Shown piece after piece: positions 37,139 to 47,086 of a stretch of 58,893 nt of DNA (the stretch's first letter is position 1; each line of letters begins with the position of its first letter). Both the position numbers and the translations under genes were made by a program. The notes below the pieces were generated by a model. It was not told the origin of the DNA. It searched no databases and saw only the letters and a program-made list of their open reading frames with translations. Origin of the DNA: Patescibacteria group bacterium (GTDB taxonomy: Bacteria > Patescibacteriota > Minisyncoccia > Minisyncoccales > PEYH01); assembly GCA_018817645.1 (NCBI GenBank), contig JAHITK010000005.1, positions 1 through 58,893 on the forward strand, read 5' to 3'.

Positions 37139-37873
37139 TTATTCTATTACTACCTTTTCAAAATCGACTAATTCTTTTTTAAATTTGAGCCAACTATTAA
37201 CAAATTCTCGACAACTATCTGCGCCTTCCATTATTTTGTCTAAAAATTTTCTATTTGTCAAAGAAGGGAAATTTTTCTTCCCCAAATAATCTAGATAACT
37301 TGACCATTTATACTTATTTTCTAAAAAATTGACCGCCCCATTTATGTCCTTGATTTGTATTCCTTTATTTTTCCATCCCGGGATTATCAATGATATTGGG
37401 TTCGTATGAATATAAACAAACACGGTTTTTAATTGTCCTTCTGTACTGACACGAACTATCCGGTATCTTCCCTGAAAGAGATGCCCGTTTCTTTCATATT
37501 TTTTATTATAATAACCGCTATATCCCGCTCCAATCTTATGCATTAGTTTGCTGATTCCGTCATTTCGGATCTGTTTTATTAATAGATGAATATGATTTGG
37601 CATTAGGCAAAATGCCAAGATTTCTACTAAGGGTTTTCTCTTTTTTCTATCCCCGCCGAAATTCCTGTCGAGAGTTCCGCCGAGATCATTTCTCGGCGGA
37701 GATAAATTTCTTCTGTAATCCCTATCTGTTGGGTTTTCGTCATTAAATTCAAAAAGATTGTTTATCATTCGAAAATAATCTTTTTCGCTACGAAAAAGAT
37801 CTATCCCTTCTATAGTTCGGGTGACAATATGATATATTTCTCCATTTACTATTTCAGGCCTTTTTAACGGCAT
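37139..37873 (-). mobile_element. REP-associated tyrosine transposase (RAYT, Y1 HUH / IS200-like)
   Basis: YHIVTR, FCLMPNHIHL (HUH), FQGRY, YIHTNP (catalytic Tyr), WSSY. Confidence 0.9.
37676..37700. repeat. REP inside the RAYT ORF: TCCGCCGAGA-TCATT-TCTCGGCGGA
   Basis: Same family as the flanks; degenerate partner at about 37653-37673. Confidence 0.85.
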
Positions 37874-37894
37874 TCATTTATTGTTCATTGAATT

Positions 37895-37915
37895 TGCCGA
37901 GAAATGATCTCGGCA
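37895..37915. repeat. REP upstream of RAYT: TGCCGAGA-AATGA-TCTCGGCA
   Basis: Loop inverted relative to the other copies; followed by GGCAGATTT duplication (37912-37929). Confidence 0.9.
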
Positions 37916-37932
37916 GATTTGGCAGATTTTTC

Positions 37933-40900
37933 TTAATGATTTTTACCCTTTAAGTCCACTAATGTTTTGACAACCGCGTCAGGACTTAAAGACATTGACC
38001 CGATTCCCTCTTTTGCCAGAAATTCCGCAAAATCGACAAAAGTTGAAGGAGCATCCCCGCAAATGCCGACATATTTTTTCCTTGCCAAACATTTTCTTAT
38101 CACTATTCTCAACAATTCCTTCACTGCCTCATTTCTTTCATCTGTGATATGGGAGATTTGGGCATTGTCCCTGTCCATTCCCATAGTCAACTGCGTAAGG
38201 TCGTTGGAACCGATGCTCATTCCGTCAAAAATATCCAAAAACTTATCAGCCAAAATTACATTAGACGGAATTTCGCACATTACATAGGCCTTTAATCCGT
38301 CTTTTTCCTGCTTCAGGCCGAATTTCCCCATCAAGTCAATTACTTTTGCCCCTTCTTCAGGAGTGCGGCAGAAAGGCACCATCACGGAAACATTTTTCAA
38401 CCCGAAGACATCTCTCACTCTTTTAATCGCTTCGCATTCCATTCCAAAAGCAGGCGCAAATCTTTCATCATAATACCGCGAAGCGCCTCGCCAGCCAATC
38501 ATCGGGTTTTCCTCAATCGGCTCATACTCTTGTCCGCCTATCAGTTGGGCATATTCATTGGTTTTAAAATCAGAAAATCTGACAATTACCTCCTGTGGAT
38601 AAAAAGCAGCAGCAATCTGGCCGATGCCCTCTGCCAGTTCTTTTATAAAGAATTCTTTTTTATCCTTATGCTCTATGGTTATTTCTTCAATTTGCTTTTT
38701 TAATTTCCCGCCCTTCATCTTATTGAAATTGTAGAGCGCCATTGGGTGGCATTTGATTTTTTGGGCGATGATAAACTCTTCTCGGGCCAAACCCACTCCC
38801 TGCACCGGCAAAAATGATGTTTTGAAAGCCAATTCCGGCGCCCCGATATTAACGCTTATCTTGACTTTGGTTTTCGGCACTTTTTTGAGATTGTATTCCT
38901 TAACCTCATAAGGGACTTTCCCGGCATAAATTTTGCCCTTTAATCCCTGAGTGCAATCAACCGTAATATATTGTCCTGTTTTTAAGACCTTAGTCGCTTT
39001 TTCGGTGCCCACGATGCAAGGTATGCCCAATTCCCGGCTGACAATCGCGGCATGAGCGGTTTTAGAACCCTCGTCGGTCACGATAGCCGAAGCCATTTTC
39101 ATAATCGGCACCCAGTCAGGGTCGGTCATCTTAGTGACCAAAATCTCCCCTTTCTTGAATTCACTCATCTTCCTTACATTAGAAACAATTCGCGTTTTTC
39201 CCTCGCCGATTTTATCCCCAATGGCAATACCTTTAAGAATGGGCTCTGTTTTGGCATTGATAGAATATTCTGTATAAGTTGTTTTCTTTTCCGAGCGATG
39301 GATTGTTTCCGGCCTTGATTGGACAATGAAAAGTTTGCCGGTTTTTCCGTCTCTGGCCCACTCCAAATCCTGGGGCATCCATTTTTTATTCAAACCGGAA
39401 TAGTAATCCTCAATTTTGCAGGCCCATTTCGCCAAAGTAATAATATCATTGTCAGACAAAGAAAACTTCAATTGCTGTTCCTTGTTCACCGGCACTTCTT
39501 TTAACCCGCCCTTGGCGTTGTAGACAAGTTTTTTTGTTTTCCGACCAAGATTTTTTACGATTATTGACTTATATCCTTCTTTCAAAGTGGGTTTGAAAAT
39601 AAAGAATTCGTCGGGAGTAATTTTCCCTTTGACAATCATTTCTCCCACCCCCCAAATGGAATTGATAAGAACTACATTCGGAAAGCCAGTTTCTGTGTCC
39701 AAAGTAAACATCACTCCAGATGAACCGATCCCCGAATTAATCATTTTTTGGATCCCGACCGATAAAGCAATCTGCAAATGGTCAAAGCCCTTCTCCTGGC
39801 GGTAAGCAATGGCTCGGTCGGTAAAAAGCGATGATACGCACTTTTTGACCGCTGTTAGAACTTCTTGCTCGCCCGAAATGTTGAGATAGGTTTCTTGGGC
39901 GCCCGCAAAAGAAGCAGTATTGTGGGTCATAATCCCCCCCACTCCGGCGGCAAAATTTTGCGTCCCCGGGACGATAAAATCATAAACAAAACCAGAATAT
40001 TTAATTGCCTCAATTCTTTTAATTTTATCCCAAAGAATATCGGTATCTATCAAATCCAATAATGGTTTTGATTTCATGTCTTTGGCTATTTTCTTCAGAT
40101 ATCTAACCCCATAGGTTCGCAGCGATTTTCTATTACCTTTATTCCATGGCTCTACTTCTTTTTTGAATCTACCAAGATGGTCATAGTTTATGTATTTTTG
40201 GATTATCCTTGTTTTCAGCGGTAGATTAGTTTTCTCTGAGACGCTAAAACCACAGCGCGCGCACTTATAGCGATTAACCCTTCCTATATTATTGGTTCTA
40301 TATGCCCCCCCCCGACATAACGTCGCGCCGCATTTGGGGCAAACAAATCTTTCAATTTGTTGCAACTCAACCTTTGGCCTTAAACTCTCCTCCATGAGTT
40401 GGGCAATTTTTTTGCTTGCCGGAATGGTATCAATAAAGTCCTGGTGTTTTTTAATCTTATCGAATTTTTTTATAAATTCCTTTAATTTGTTTTGTCGGCT
40501 TTCGGAGCTGAATCCGATTAGCTGTTGAAATTTTTTCGCCTCGCTTGCCGGGATAAGAATTTGAGAACATTTTTTCGTAATGTGGTATCTTATCTGGAGC
40601 AGCTCCAAGAGTTTTGCCGTACCGCCAATCAACTTCTTAGACAGAGAAGCATAACCTATGTGAGATTTTTCAATCCAACCATCCCCGTCAAATAAACCCT
40701 TTAGAAACTCGCCGATTATTTCTTTGGGTTGGCTAAAAATAAATTCGGGCACATATTTCGCCTTGCAGGACCTCCCCTTGCCCTTGAAAGGAAGGGCCTC
40801 CCCGCTGATATTTTGAAGCAGGACAGCTAAGACCGCATTTTGCAGTCTTACTTTTCTTTTATAGTTAAGCTTTCCGGATTTGTAGCTGCCAATCGTTTTA

Positions 40901-41913
40901 TAAAAATTTCTGACCCGGGCAAGGACCTCTTTTGTGTCGCAGGAGATATCGATACAATTCTTTTTTTCATAAATTGAACCCTCTGCCAAATAAACGCCTA
41001 AGAAATAAGCAAAATCCTTGTTTATTTCTATTCTTTCCGGCAAGCCGTATTGTTGGTCAAGCGTATTCTTTTGATTTATTGTCACCCTGCCGTTGTAAAT
41101 TATTATATCCTTATTTTTAATAGTTTCTTTTACATTTAAAAATCTTGCTCCGTTGCAGGGTAAGGGTATAAATTGTGTGGCCGGCACCCGCGTGTTTTCA
41201 TTAACCTTATCTATAGACGAGATTTTAGTACTGAATGTGTCGGGGTCTAAAACTAATAAAGAATGATTAGGGGTAATAGTAATTTCTCGCCCAGATTTAG
41301 TGGTTATTTTATATAATTTTTTGTTTGCAGCAGGGTGTCTATAAATATCTTCAATTTTACACCACTCAATTTTATTATTTCCATTAAGAGAGGGCACAAA
41401 AATAGGATCTTTTATCTCACCGCCTTTTAACAAATTAAAGAGTTTTTCTATTTCTATGTATTTTATAGTATTGCCTGTCTTTGCAAAAACCATTTCATCG
41501 GCTGCAATGCTTGGCAGGTCTTCCGCAGTCGCGGAACTGCGCACCGCGACAATCACATCCTTTTCCTTGTAAATCTGGCAAAGTTTTTTGTAATACTTAA
41601 TGATTTTTCTTTCCAATTTCTTGGGGATTTCCGCTCCCAAAATCAGTTCTCTGGATTTCTTGCCTGTTTCCTGTAAGTTTTTAATATCATCGGGTTTAAA
41701 ATTTTTAAAAATTTCTTTTAATTGGTCATAGACCCCGGTTTCTTTGAGAAAATAAAAATAGGCGTGGGAAGTAAGGGCAAATCCATTGGGGATATTTATC
41801 CCCTCAGGAACCAAATGCCTGAACATTTCGCCGAGAGAGGCGTTTTTTCCTCCCACCAAAGGGACATCTTTAATTCCAATGTTTTTAAACCAAACAATAT
41901 ATTTTTTAAACAT
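37933..41913 (-). CDS. ppsA: PEP synthase precursor with intein (about 795 aa after splicing)
   Basis: VGGKNASLGE, AVRSSATAED, SKTAHAAIVSRE, GWRGASRY; start moved to ATG 41913. Confidence 0.95.
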   Translation of the reverse strand: MFKKYIVWFKNIGIKDVPLVGGKNASLGEMFRHLVPEGINIPNGFALTSHAYFYFLKETGVYDQLKEIFKNFKPDDIKNLQETGKKSRELILGAEIPKKLERKIIKYYKKLCQIYKEKDVIVAVRSSATAEDLPSIAADEMVFAKTGNTIKYIEIEKLFNLLKGGEIKDPIFVPSLNGNNKIEWCKIEDIYRHPAANKKLYKITTKSGREITITPNHSLLVLDPDTFSTKISSIDKVNENTRVPATQFIPLPCNGARFLNVKETIKNKDIIIYNGRVTINQKNTLDQQYGLPERIEINKDFAYFLGVYLAEGSIYEKKNCIDISCDTKEVLARVRNFYKTIGSYKSGKLNYKRKVRLQNAVLAVLLQNISGEALPFKGKGRSCKAKYVPEFIFSQPKEIIGEFLKGLFDGDGWIEKSHIGYASLSKKLIGGTAKLLELLQIRYHITKKCSQILIPASEAKKFQQLIGFSSESRQNKLKEFIKKFDKIKKHQDFIDTIPASKKIAQLMEESLRPKVELQQIERFVCPKCGATLCRGGAYRTNNIGRVNRYKCARCGFSVSEKTNLPLKTRIIQKYINYDHLGRFKKEVEPWNKGNRKSLRTYGVRYLKKIAKDMKSKPLLDLIDTDILWDKIKRIEAIKYSGFVYDFIVPGTQNFAAGVGGIMTHNTASFAGAQETYLNISGEQEVLTAVKKCVSSLFTDRAIAYRQEKGFDHLQIALSVGIQKMINSGIGSSGVMFTLDTETGFPNVVLINSIWGVGEMIVKGKITPDEFFIFKPTLKEGYKSIIVKNLGRKTKKLVYNAKGGLKEVPVNKEQQLKFSLSDNDIITLAKWACKIEDYYSGLNKKWMPQDLEWARDGKTGKLFIVQSRPETIHRSEKKTTYTEYSINAKTEPILKGIAIGDKIGEGKTRIVSNVRKMSEFKKGEILVTKMTDPDWVPIMKMASAIVTDEGSKTAHAAIVSRELGIPCIVGTEKATKVLKTGQYITVDCTQGLKGKIYAGKVPYEVKEYNLKKVPKTKVKISVNIGAPELAFKTSFLPVQGVGLAREEFIIAQKIKCHPMALYNFNKMKGGKLKKQIEEITIEHKDKKEFFIKELAEGIGQIAAAFYPQEVIVRFSDFKTNEYAQLIGGQEYEPIEENPMIGWRGASRYYDERFAPAFGMECEAIKRVRDVFGLKNVSVMVPFCRTPEEGAKVIDLMGKFGLKQEKDGLKAYVMCEIPSNVILADKFLDIFDGMSIGSNDLTQLTMGMDRDNAQISHITDERNEAVKELLRIVIRKCLARKKYVGICGDAPSTFVDFAEFLAKEGIGSMSLSPDAVVKTLVDLKGKNH
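39919..41511 (-). mobile_element. Intein (531 aa) with LAGLIDADG homing endonuclease and C4 Zn-ribbon
   Basis: EDLP|SIAADEM...YDFIVPG...THN|TASFAG; LGVYLAEGS and FLKGLFDGDG. Confidence 0.93.
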
Positions 41914-41919
41914 AAAGCA

Positions 41920-41961
41920 ATTATCAATCAATGATTATTGATTAATGATTAATGATTGGAT
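41920..41961. repeat. Heptamer tract (ATTAATG type) overlapping the acdA 3' end
   Basis: Six 7-bp units. Confidence 0.7.
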
Positions 41962-43308
41962 TGCCCTGACCGCCCGGTACGGGTCAGGATAATTAGGGAT
42001 ATGATTTTTCTCCAAAATTTTCCCGGCCGGCTCGGTTAATTTCCCTCCGATAAAAGCAGTGACAATCGGCTTTTGGGGCCATTTCTTTTGCGCTTCTATT
42101 ATGATTTTAGCATTTTTAATTGGTTCGGTCATTGTCTGGGGGGTCTGAATTACTATTAAACCACTAATATTTTTTTGGGACATCATCGCCTCTATCGCAA
42201 TTCGGTATCGGTCGGAAAGCGCGTCTCCCACCATATCCATTGGATTGCTTTTGGAATATCCGGGATGCATTAATTTTGAGTTCTCTATTTTTCTTAATGC
42301 CGCAGGGCTTGGTTTGGGCAGTTTTATCCCTAATTGAAAACAATAATCAGCCGTTAGAATTCCCGCTCCTCCGCCGTTAGTGACAACCGCGATTCCATTT
42401 TTGCATTTCGGCTGCCATGATAATGCTTTTGAAATATCCAAAAGCTCTTCTATAGAGGAAACCACTGCGAGGCCGGCTTGTTTAAAAGCAGCGGAATATA
42501 TTTGGCTTTCCCCGGCCAAAGCGCCGGTATGGGAGAAAACCGCTTTTTTGGAACCAGGATTTTTCCCTCCTTTCAGGACTATGACCGGTTTTTTGGCGCT
42601 TGCTTCTTTAGCTGATTCAAAGAATTGCCTGCCGTTTTTCAATCCTTCCAGGTACAGGGCAATTACTTTCGTTTTTGGGTCATTTTTAGCCCAATTCAAG
42701 AAGTCCGTCAAAGTTAAGCCCGCTTCGTTGCCATAGGATATTATGGCGGAAAAACCCCAGGATTTGCCGTTTGAGGCGTCAATAATGGCGTCTATCAGAG
42801 CCCCGGATTGGGATATAAGGGCGATGTTCCCCTTGCTCGGCGTTAGGGGTGCAAAGGAAGCGTTGAGCCCTGTACAAGGCCTTAAAACGCCCAAGGAGTT
42901 GGGACCCACAAATGGCGTATCGGCGCGGTTTAAGGCCTGTTTTACCTTATCCTGCAAAATAGCCCCTTTTTGCCCTGTTTCGGCAAATCCAGAAGAGATA
43001 ATAATGGCTGATTTTACCCTTTTTTGGATGCATTGCTCTACTACTTTTGGCACGATTTGAGCTGGCACAGCGATTACTGCCAAATCAATCCCCTCTTTTA
43101 TTTTTAAAACAGAGGGTAAGGTTCTAACGCCAAAGACCTTTTTCCGATTAGGATTTATTAAAAAGATTTTTCTCCTTGATCCGCCTTGGGCGGAGGCTTT
43201 CTTGCCATTAATTAAATTTTTAACCAGTCCCCTGCCAACCGAACCAATCCTGTCCGTGGCGCCGATAACAGCGATTGTTTTAGGATTAAAAAAATAATCT
43301 AATTTCAT
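41935..43308 (-). CDS. Acetate--CoA ligase (ADP-forming) alpha subunit
   Basis: AVIGAT, IISSGFAE, GPNSLG, SQSGA, HTGALAG, TNGGG. Confidence 0.92.
   Translation of the reverse strand: MKLDYFFNPKTIAVIGATDRIGSVGRGLVKNLINGKKASAQGGSRRKIFLINPNRKKVFGVRTLPSVLKIKEGIDLAVIAVPAQIVPKVVEQCIQKRVKSAIIISSGFAETGQKGAILQDKVKQALNRADTPFVGPNSLGVLRPCTGLNASFAPLTPSKGNIALISQSGALIDAIIDASNGKSWGFSAIISYGNEAGLTLTDFLNWAKNDPKTKVIALYLEGLKNGRQFFESAKEASAKKPVIVLKGGKNPGSKKAVFSHTGALAGESQIYSAAFKQAGLAVVSSIEELLDISKALSWQPKCKNGIAVVTNGGGAGILTADYCFQLGIKLPKPSPAALRKIENSKLMHPGYSKSNPMDMVGDALSDRYRIAIEAMMSQKNISGLIVIQTPQTMTEPIKNAKIIIEAQKKWPQKPIVTAFIGGKLTEPAGKILEKNHIPNYPDPYRAVRAIQSLIINQ
43178..43197. repeat. Intragenic palindrome TCCGCC-TTG-GGCGGA (encodes ASAQGGS)
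   Basis: Direct reading; same architecture as 1355-1369. Confidence 0.7.
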
Positions 43309-43931
43309 ATGACAATTTTGGCATCAATAACAAAAACATCTTGCTTGTTTGCTATCACCGGATTTAAATCAATTTCCTTAATCTTTTGCTCTTTTGAAAT
43401 CATTAAAGAAAGAGATAATAAAATTTTTTCTAATTTTTTGAAATTGACCGGTTCTCTATTCCTATACCCGTTAAGGATTTTATTTCCCTGAATTTCGCTT
43501 ATCATTTTTTTCGCCTCTTTATTATTAATAGGCGCGAGCCGGAAAGAAATATCTTTTAATACTTCTACGAATATCCCGCCAAGCCCGAAAGCGACTATTG
43601 GCCCAAACACAGAGTCCTGTTTGGCGCCGATGATAATCTGCTCGCCGGGAATCATTTTCTGGATAACGATTTTCGTCTTCTTGGTCTTGGCAATTTTTTC
43701 AATCTTCGCCCACGAGGTTAATAAGTCCTTTTCATTTTCAATATCCACAATCACTCCTCCAATATCTGTCTTGTGGATTATTTTAGGGGAAAAGATTTTC
43801 AAAACCACTGGAAATCCATTCTGTTTTGAAAACAAGATTGCCTCTTTGGCGGTTTTAACAATCTTGGCTTTTGCCTGCGGAATTTTGTATTCTGCGAGTA
43901 GTTTTTTTGTAGTTTTAAAATCTAAAAGCAT
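43305..43931 (-). CDS. Acetate--CoA ligase beta subunit (ATP-grasp)
   Basis: IIHKTDIGGV, FGLGGIFVEVLKD, EIDLNP, DAKI; start at ATG 43931. Confidence 0.9.
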   Translation of the reverse strand: MLLDFKTTKKLLAEYKIPQAKAKIVKTAKEAILFSKQNGFPVVLKIFSPKIIHKTDIGGVIVDIENEKDLLTSWAKIEKIAKTKKTKIVIQKMIPGEQIIIGAKQDSVFGPIVAFGLGGIFVEVLKDISFRLAPINNKEAKKMISEIQGNKILNGYRNREPVNFKKLEKILLSLSLMISKEQKIKEIDLNPVIANKQDVFVIDAKIVI

Positions 43932-44008
43932 ATTCAATAATTGTATCCTATATTCCCAAAAATGAAAACAAAACCGCTTGCGCGGCGGTTCATTTTTTAT
44001 AATATAAT

Positions 44009-44254
44009 TTAATAACTTAACTTCATGTCTAACTTTTCGGCAATCTGCTGAATCCATTTTTCGTGCCTATCAACTTTATGAGTCAACATCACCATCTCTT
44101 GAAAATACTTATCGGCTCTTTTCGCGTAAGCGTCAACAGAAGTCAGCAGATTATCAAAATCTCCTTTTGTGGAAAGATTTCGGACAGCCTCTTTCAAATC
44201 ATCCTTGGTAACGAATACTTCTATCAATTTTAAAATATCTTCTTCAGTAAGCAT
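44009..44254 (-). CDS. Small coiled-coil hypothetical protein
   Basis: 81-aa helical ORF co-oriented with the cluster. Confidence 0.65.
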   Translation of the reverse strand: MLTEEDILKLIEVFVTKDDLKEAVRNLSTKGDFDNLLTSVDAYAKRADKYFQEMVMLTHKVDRHEKWIQQIAEKLDMKLSY

Positions 44255-44314
44255 TCTATTCTTTTAATAGTTTAGTCTCAATTTAATTATATTTTTCTAA
44301 ATTACCTTGTCAAT

Positions 44315-45322
44315 TTATAGTTTTTTCCCTACAAACTCCGCGAATTCGGCTAAACGACAGGCATAAGCCCATTCATTATCATACCAGGCGATTACTTTTA
44401 TCGTTTTGCCGTTTGCCATTGTGGATAAAGTATCTACAACAGCGGAAAAATTATTCCCCTTAAAATCCATTGAAACTAAGGGCGCATTTTCCACAGTCAA
44501 AATGTGTTGAAAGTTTTTTTGTTTTGAAGCGTTTCTGAAAGCGGAATTAATTTCATCAACCGAGGCTTCTTTTTCTAAATTGCAAACTAAATCCAATAAA
44601 GACACTGTTTGAGTGGGTACCCTGATAGCCAAGCCGTCCATCCTGCCTTTAAGTTTTGGAATTATTTTCCCGATTGCCTCGGTAGCGCCTGTGCTTGTTG
44701 GAATAATATTCGCGCCTGCGGTTCTGGCCCTTCGTAAATCCTTATGCACCAAATCAAGTATTTTTTGGTCGTTGGTATAACTGTGTACCGTGGTCATAAA
44801 CCCGTTCACAATCCCGAAGTTATCGTCAATCACCTTTGCCACCGGGGCTAAACAATTGGTGGTGCAGGAGCCCATATCCACAATATCGTCTTTCTCCGGA
44901 TTGTAGTCGTTCTCATTCACTCCCAAAACAAAACTCGGGATGTCCGCATCTTTGCTGGGCGCGGAAATGACAACCTTTTTAGCGCCTGCCTTCAAATGTT
45001 TTAAGACAAGTTCTCTGGTTCTGAAAGCGCCTGTGCATTCCAAAACCACATCAATCTCCAATTTTTTCCAAGGCAGTTTTTCCGGATCTGGCTCTGAAAA
45101 CACTTCAATACTATGCTTGTCAACTATCATTTTTCCGGCCTTCACCTCCACCGACTTATCGTAAATTCCGTAAGAAGAATCGTACTTCAAAAGATGAGCC
45201 AAGGTGTCGGCTGAATCTAAATCATTAATCGCCAAAACTTCAATGTTTGGTTGATTTTTGAGAATATGGCGCAAAGTAAGCCGGCCAATTCTCCCAAAGC
45301 CGTTTATCGCTATTTTGACCAT
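44315..45322 (-). CDS. gap: Glyceraldehyde-3-phosphate dehydrogenase type I
   Basis: NGFGRIGR, SCTTNC, WYDNEW. Confidence 0.97.
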   Translation of the reverse strand: MVKIAINGFGRIGRLTLRHILKNQPNIEVLAINDLDSADTLAHLLKYDSSYGIYDKSVEVKAGKMIVDKHSIEVFSEPDPEKLPWKKLEIDVVLECTGAFRTRELVLKHLKAGAKKVVISAPSKDADIPSFVLGVNENDYNPEKDDIVDMGSCTTNCLAPVAKVIDDNFGIVNGFMTTVHSYTNDQKILDLVHKDLRRARTAGANIIPTSTGATEAIGKIIPKLKGRMDGLAIRVPTQTVSLLDLVCNLEKEASVDEINSAFRNASKQKNFQHILTVENAPLVSMDFKGNNFSAVVDTLSTMANGKTIKVIAWYDNEWAYACRLAEFAEFVGKKL

Positions 45323-45340
45323 AACTTTAAGTTAATTTTA

Positions 45341-45577
45341 CTATTTAAGATTAAGTAATTCCATTATTTTTTTCTTATCAAAACCGACCACAATCTCATC
45401 GTCAATCTCTATCACCGGCACCGCCATTTTACCGGTTTTTTCAAAAATATAGTTCTGGGCATTCTCATTGTCAGTGACATCAATAACTTCAAACTTTACC
45501 CCTTTTTCATAAAGGAATTGTTCTAATATCTCGCAATAAGGACAGCTCGGGCTTGAATATATTTTTACAACCGCCAT
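45341..45577 (-). CDS. Glutaredoxin-like (NrdH/YruB) protein
   Basis: CPYC, AVPVI. Confidence 0.9.
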   Translation of the reverse strand: MAVVKIYSSPSCPYCEILEQFLYEKGVKFEVIDVTDNENAQNYIFEKTGKMAVPVIEIDDEIVVGFDKKKIMELLNLK

Positions 45578-45635
45578 AGTATTTCTTTATTTTGAATTTT
45601 GTTTTACGCTTTACGCTTTGCGTTTTACATTTTCT

Positions 45636-46643
45636 TTACTCGCAGCTTCCGGAATTCGCCGCGTTCCCGCTTTCATCTATTGTTTGATTGCATTCTTCCG
45701 GCGGATTTTTGAATGCAGAACAAATAGCGTCTTTGTAGGACTCGGCTGACCTTGCTCCGTCATAATTCATTCCGTTGATGATTATGGTTGGAGAGCCGGC
45801 TATTTTAGCGGTTTCCGCGCCGCCATGAGAAGCGGGATTTTGTACCGGATATTCTTGATTAGCCAAGCTGACTTCTTGAGCCATAAGGCCTATGGCTTCA
45901 TTGGCTTGGCATTGTTTAATCTTTTCCGTGTCAATGTTCTGCTCGCGGGCAATGGCTTCCCACTTGCTATCAACATCCTCCGAGCTGGTCTGTTCATTAA
46001 TGCCCATAACAAAATCCCATAATTTATCCGGTTGGTATTTTTGCACGCAAAGCTCTCTTACGCCCTGATTAAGCTCCTGAATGCCGTGCATTGAACAATA
46101 GGTTTTTTCCGGGTCCAAGCAGTAATCGGGATAACCGGAAGCGTAATCATCATAAAAGATATAGTGGAGCTTTATATCCACCTTATCGCCCAACAAATCA
46201 GCCACTGGCTTCATTAAGTCCTCTGCTTGATTGCCAAAGGGGCAAAAAGCCATTACAAATAAGCCCACTTCCGGTTTGTCTGTTTGCGGAATGCCTTGCT
46301 CTTCCACCGGGGTCATATCGAAAGAGTTAAGAAATAAGATTTTTCCATCCTTGGTAACGTAGACTTTTTCGCTTTGGCCCATAACATCAAAGTTAACCTC
46401 ATAGACACCGCTTTTTTCTTCGCTGCCGGTTAAAGTGAACTCCGTGTCCGGAGAAGCTAAATTTTCCTCGATATAGGTAATGGTCTTTTGGGCGGCGTCA
46501 TCCTTAGATAATTCTCCCCCCACTCCCGTGCTTTTATTAAATATGAAAGCGCCAGGAACAAAATTCTGATACAACAAAATTGCTAACAAGATTGCCGAAA
46601 TTCCTCCCAAAAAGATAGTTGACGATCCTTTTGCCTTGTCCAT
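45636..46643 (-). CDS. Membrane-anchored thioredoxin-fold (DsbA-like) protein
   Basis: FVMAFCPFG, SMHG..E, GSPTIIING. Confidence 0.7.
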   Translation of the reverse strand: MDKAKGSSTIFLGGISAILLAILLYQNFVPGAFIFNKSTGVGGELSKDDAAQKTITYIEENLASPDTEFTLTGSEEKSGVYEVNFDVMGQSEKVYVTKDGKILFLNSFDMTPVEEQGIPQTDKPEVGLFVMAFCPFGNQAEDLMKPVADLLGDKVDIKLHYIFYDDYASGYPDYCLDPEKTYCSMHGIQELNQGVRELCVQKYQPDKLWDFVMGINEQTSSEDVDSKWEAIAREQNIDTEKIKQCQANEAIGLMAQEVSLANQEYPVQNPASHGGAETAKIAGSPTIIINGMNYDGARSAESYKDAICSAFKNPPEECNQTIDESGNAANSGSCE

Positions 46644-46723
46644 AATAATATTTAATGATTAATGATAATTGATAATTTTAGCATAATACTTAATTTTTTG
46701 AAACCTTGCCAACAATGCCTTCA

Positions 46724-47086
46724 TCAAACCAATTTTTGACCATAACTTTTTTGGTCATTTAATAATTTTAGAATTTGATTTTTCAATTCTGGCAAATCTT
46801 TTTCTGCAATTTTCCAAATTCTTTTTAAATTCACACCAAAATATTCATGGATAAGAATATCTCTTATTCCAGCTATCTTTCTCCACGGCACTTCGGGATA
46901 ATCATTCTTAAAATCCTTAGGTAAATTTTTAGTAGCTTCGCCAATAATTTCTAACCTCCTAATAATTGCATCTTGATACTGGGTATCTTGAAAAAAATTT
47001 TCCTCACTAGTCATCTCAACATAGTTTTCTATTCTTTCTATGCTTTCTAAAATATCGTTCAAATATGGCCTAGGGTCTTTATCCAT
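46724..47086 (-). CDS. DUF86/HEPN ribonuclease toxin
   Basis: EIIGEA, RDILIHEY (RX4H). Confidence 0.92.
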   Translation of the reverse strand: MDKDPRPYLNDILESIERIENYVEMTSEENFFQDTQYQDAIIRRLEIIGEATKNLPKDFKNDYPEVPWRKIAGIRDILIHEYFGVNLKRIWKIAEKDLPELKNQILKLLNDQKSYGQKLV

